A DNA stretch of 64,000 nucleotides from Terriglobia bacterium (GTDB taxonomy: Bacteria; Acidobacteriota; Terriglobia; Bryobacterales; Bryobacteraceae): the NCBI GenBank assembly GCA_963792065.1, contig CAWBUU010000001.1, positions 1,628,039-1,692,038 of the forward strand, given 5' to 3'. The stretch's first letter is position 1. The number at the start of each line of letters is the position of its first letter. Made by a program: the position numbers and the translations under genes. Below the pieces are notes generated by a model that saw only the letters and a program-made list of their open reading frames with translations, did not search any database and had not been told where the DNA came from. Positions 63,024 to 64,000 of this stretch are shown here, one piece after another.

Positions 63024-64000
63024 CTAAGCTACCTCCTTCTCCAAGCGATAAACGTGATGCAACCCGCCAAGAACCGGACGAGATTTCACCCTGTATCCTA
63101 CTGGAAGCCGATGTCTATGGTCGCTGGCTGGAACATTCGCTGGGATGGGTTCCGGAATGCCATGGCCTAGTGAGGCGTGAGGCCTGCCGCGATTGTAATA
63201 GACGACCAACTCCTTCAAGATGCGCTGCAGGTGTCTCTCGTTCATCGGGATCAGGTAGTCCAGACACTCGCGCCGGATCGTCCCTACCAGCCGCTCGCAG
63301 TAAGCGTTCGCTTTCGGCGCTCGAATCGGCGTTCTGAGCGTCCGCAACACCGAAGCCCTTCAGAGTTCTCGTCGACCAACGACGAAAAGATTGAGTCGCG
63401 ATCATGGATCACGAACCGGTTGAGGATGCACGTCCGCGAGGACTTCACGAATTTGCTGTGTAGTCCATTCAGCCGTGGGATGCTCGGTGACGTTGCAGTG
63501 CAGAATGCGTCGCGAACCGACCTCCATCGCGACAAACACGTAGAGAACCTTGAACGTCACCGTGACTGAGACGAAGAAGTCGCAGGCCACGATTGCCTTG
63601 GCATGGTTGCGGACAAACGTGCTCCAGCGCTGGTTCGGAACTCCCTCCACCGGGTGCTCTTCGGCTGCAGTACTTGCGGATAGTTCGCGGTGAGACGCGG
63701 ATTCCGAGCTTGACCAGTAGTTCATCGGCGATTCGTTCCTCGCCCCAGGTAGGGTTGTCTCGAGCCATCTGCTGTACCAACTCGCGCAAGTTCTTCGGAA
63801 GTTGAGGCCTACCCCGCTTACAAGATTTCCATCGCCAGAACAAACGAAACGCGGAGCGATGCCATTTGATGAACGTTTCTGGTTTGACAATCACCAATGC
63901 ATTTTGCCAGTCGAAAAACCGAGCCAGCGCAATCATCGTCAGTCGTGTTGTGCCACGAAACCGCTCGCGGCTTGGCTTTGCGCTCTTGAAACAGCGCGAG
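63024..64000 (-). mobile_element. IS element transposase (DDE / rve integrase-core type, IS481/IS3-superfamily-like). Frame-disrupted, and the 5' end runs off the window.
   Basis: VKPETFIKWHRSAFRLFWRWKS and PTWGEERIADELLVKLGIRVSPRTIRKY (63469..63936). VACDFFVSVTVTFKVLYVFVAMEVGSRRILHCNVTEHP (63402..63890). CERLVGTIRRECLD and YNRGRPHASLG (63024..63350). Confidence 0.75.

Overview
High-GC segment, about mid-60s % by eye. It looks most like an Acidobacteriota chromosome of the Solibacter/Bryobacter type. The pointers are several secreted proteins with the TIGR03437-type C-terminal Ig-like domain, an SBBP beta-propeller repeat protein, a PEP-CTERM protein, and TIGR02999-like ECF sigma factors paired with membrane Ser/Thr kinases. 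I can support about 60 genes and 2 tRNAs: tRNA-Ala(CGC) at 6784-6859 (-) and tRNA-Arg(TCT) at 54939-55015 (+).

Core content: uvrA, mtnA, a 2-oxoacid:ferredoxin oxidoreductase operon, a tricorn-like protease, an EmrB-type MFS pump, a PAS histidine kinase, and three paralogous Ser/Thr kinases, two of them with ECF sigma partners.

Accessory content: three or four type II TA modules. After tRNA-Arg there is a 5'-truncated RHS tip with a C-terminal toxin and a HEAT-repeat immunity gene. Next comes an XRE / primase-helicase / tyrosine-recombinase / VapBC chain, then a 0.9 kb repeat-rich non-coding tract, then a DDE transposase running off the window.

Caveat: many conserved genes (uvrA, all three kinases, mtnA, emrB, the primase and others) are split over several frames by single-base indels. 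Where I could resolve them, the indels sit in short homopolymers. Other blocks (about 25.3-31.3 kb and 48.3-57.3 kb) are clean. I read this as unevenly polished sequence rather than true pseudogenes. Coordinates for those genes are therefore whole-gene spans stitched across ORF-track fragments.

Most interesting candidates:
1. An ECF-sigma / Ser-Thr-kinase operon flanked by two single-domain globins.
2. A DoxX / MNIO (DUF692) / DUF2063 cluster of bufferin type with no recognisable precursor, followed by a DUF6152-like secreted protein whose predicted mature N-terminus is HHSF.
3. The tRNA-Arg-adjacent orphan RHS toxin/immunity cassette and the neighbouring integrative element.
4. The repeat-, palindrome- and C-run-rich tract at 61.86-62.76 kb.

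No CRISPR array, rRNA or clear prophage was seen.
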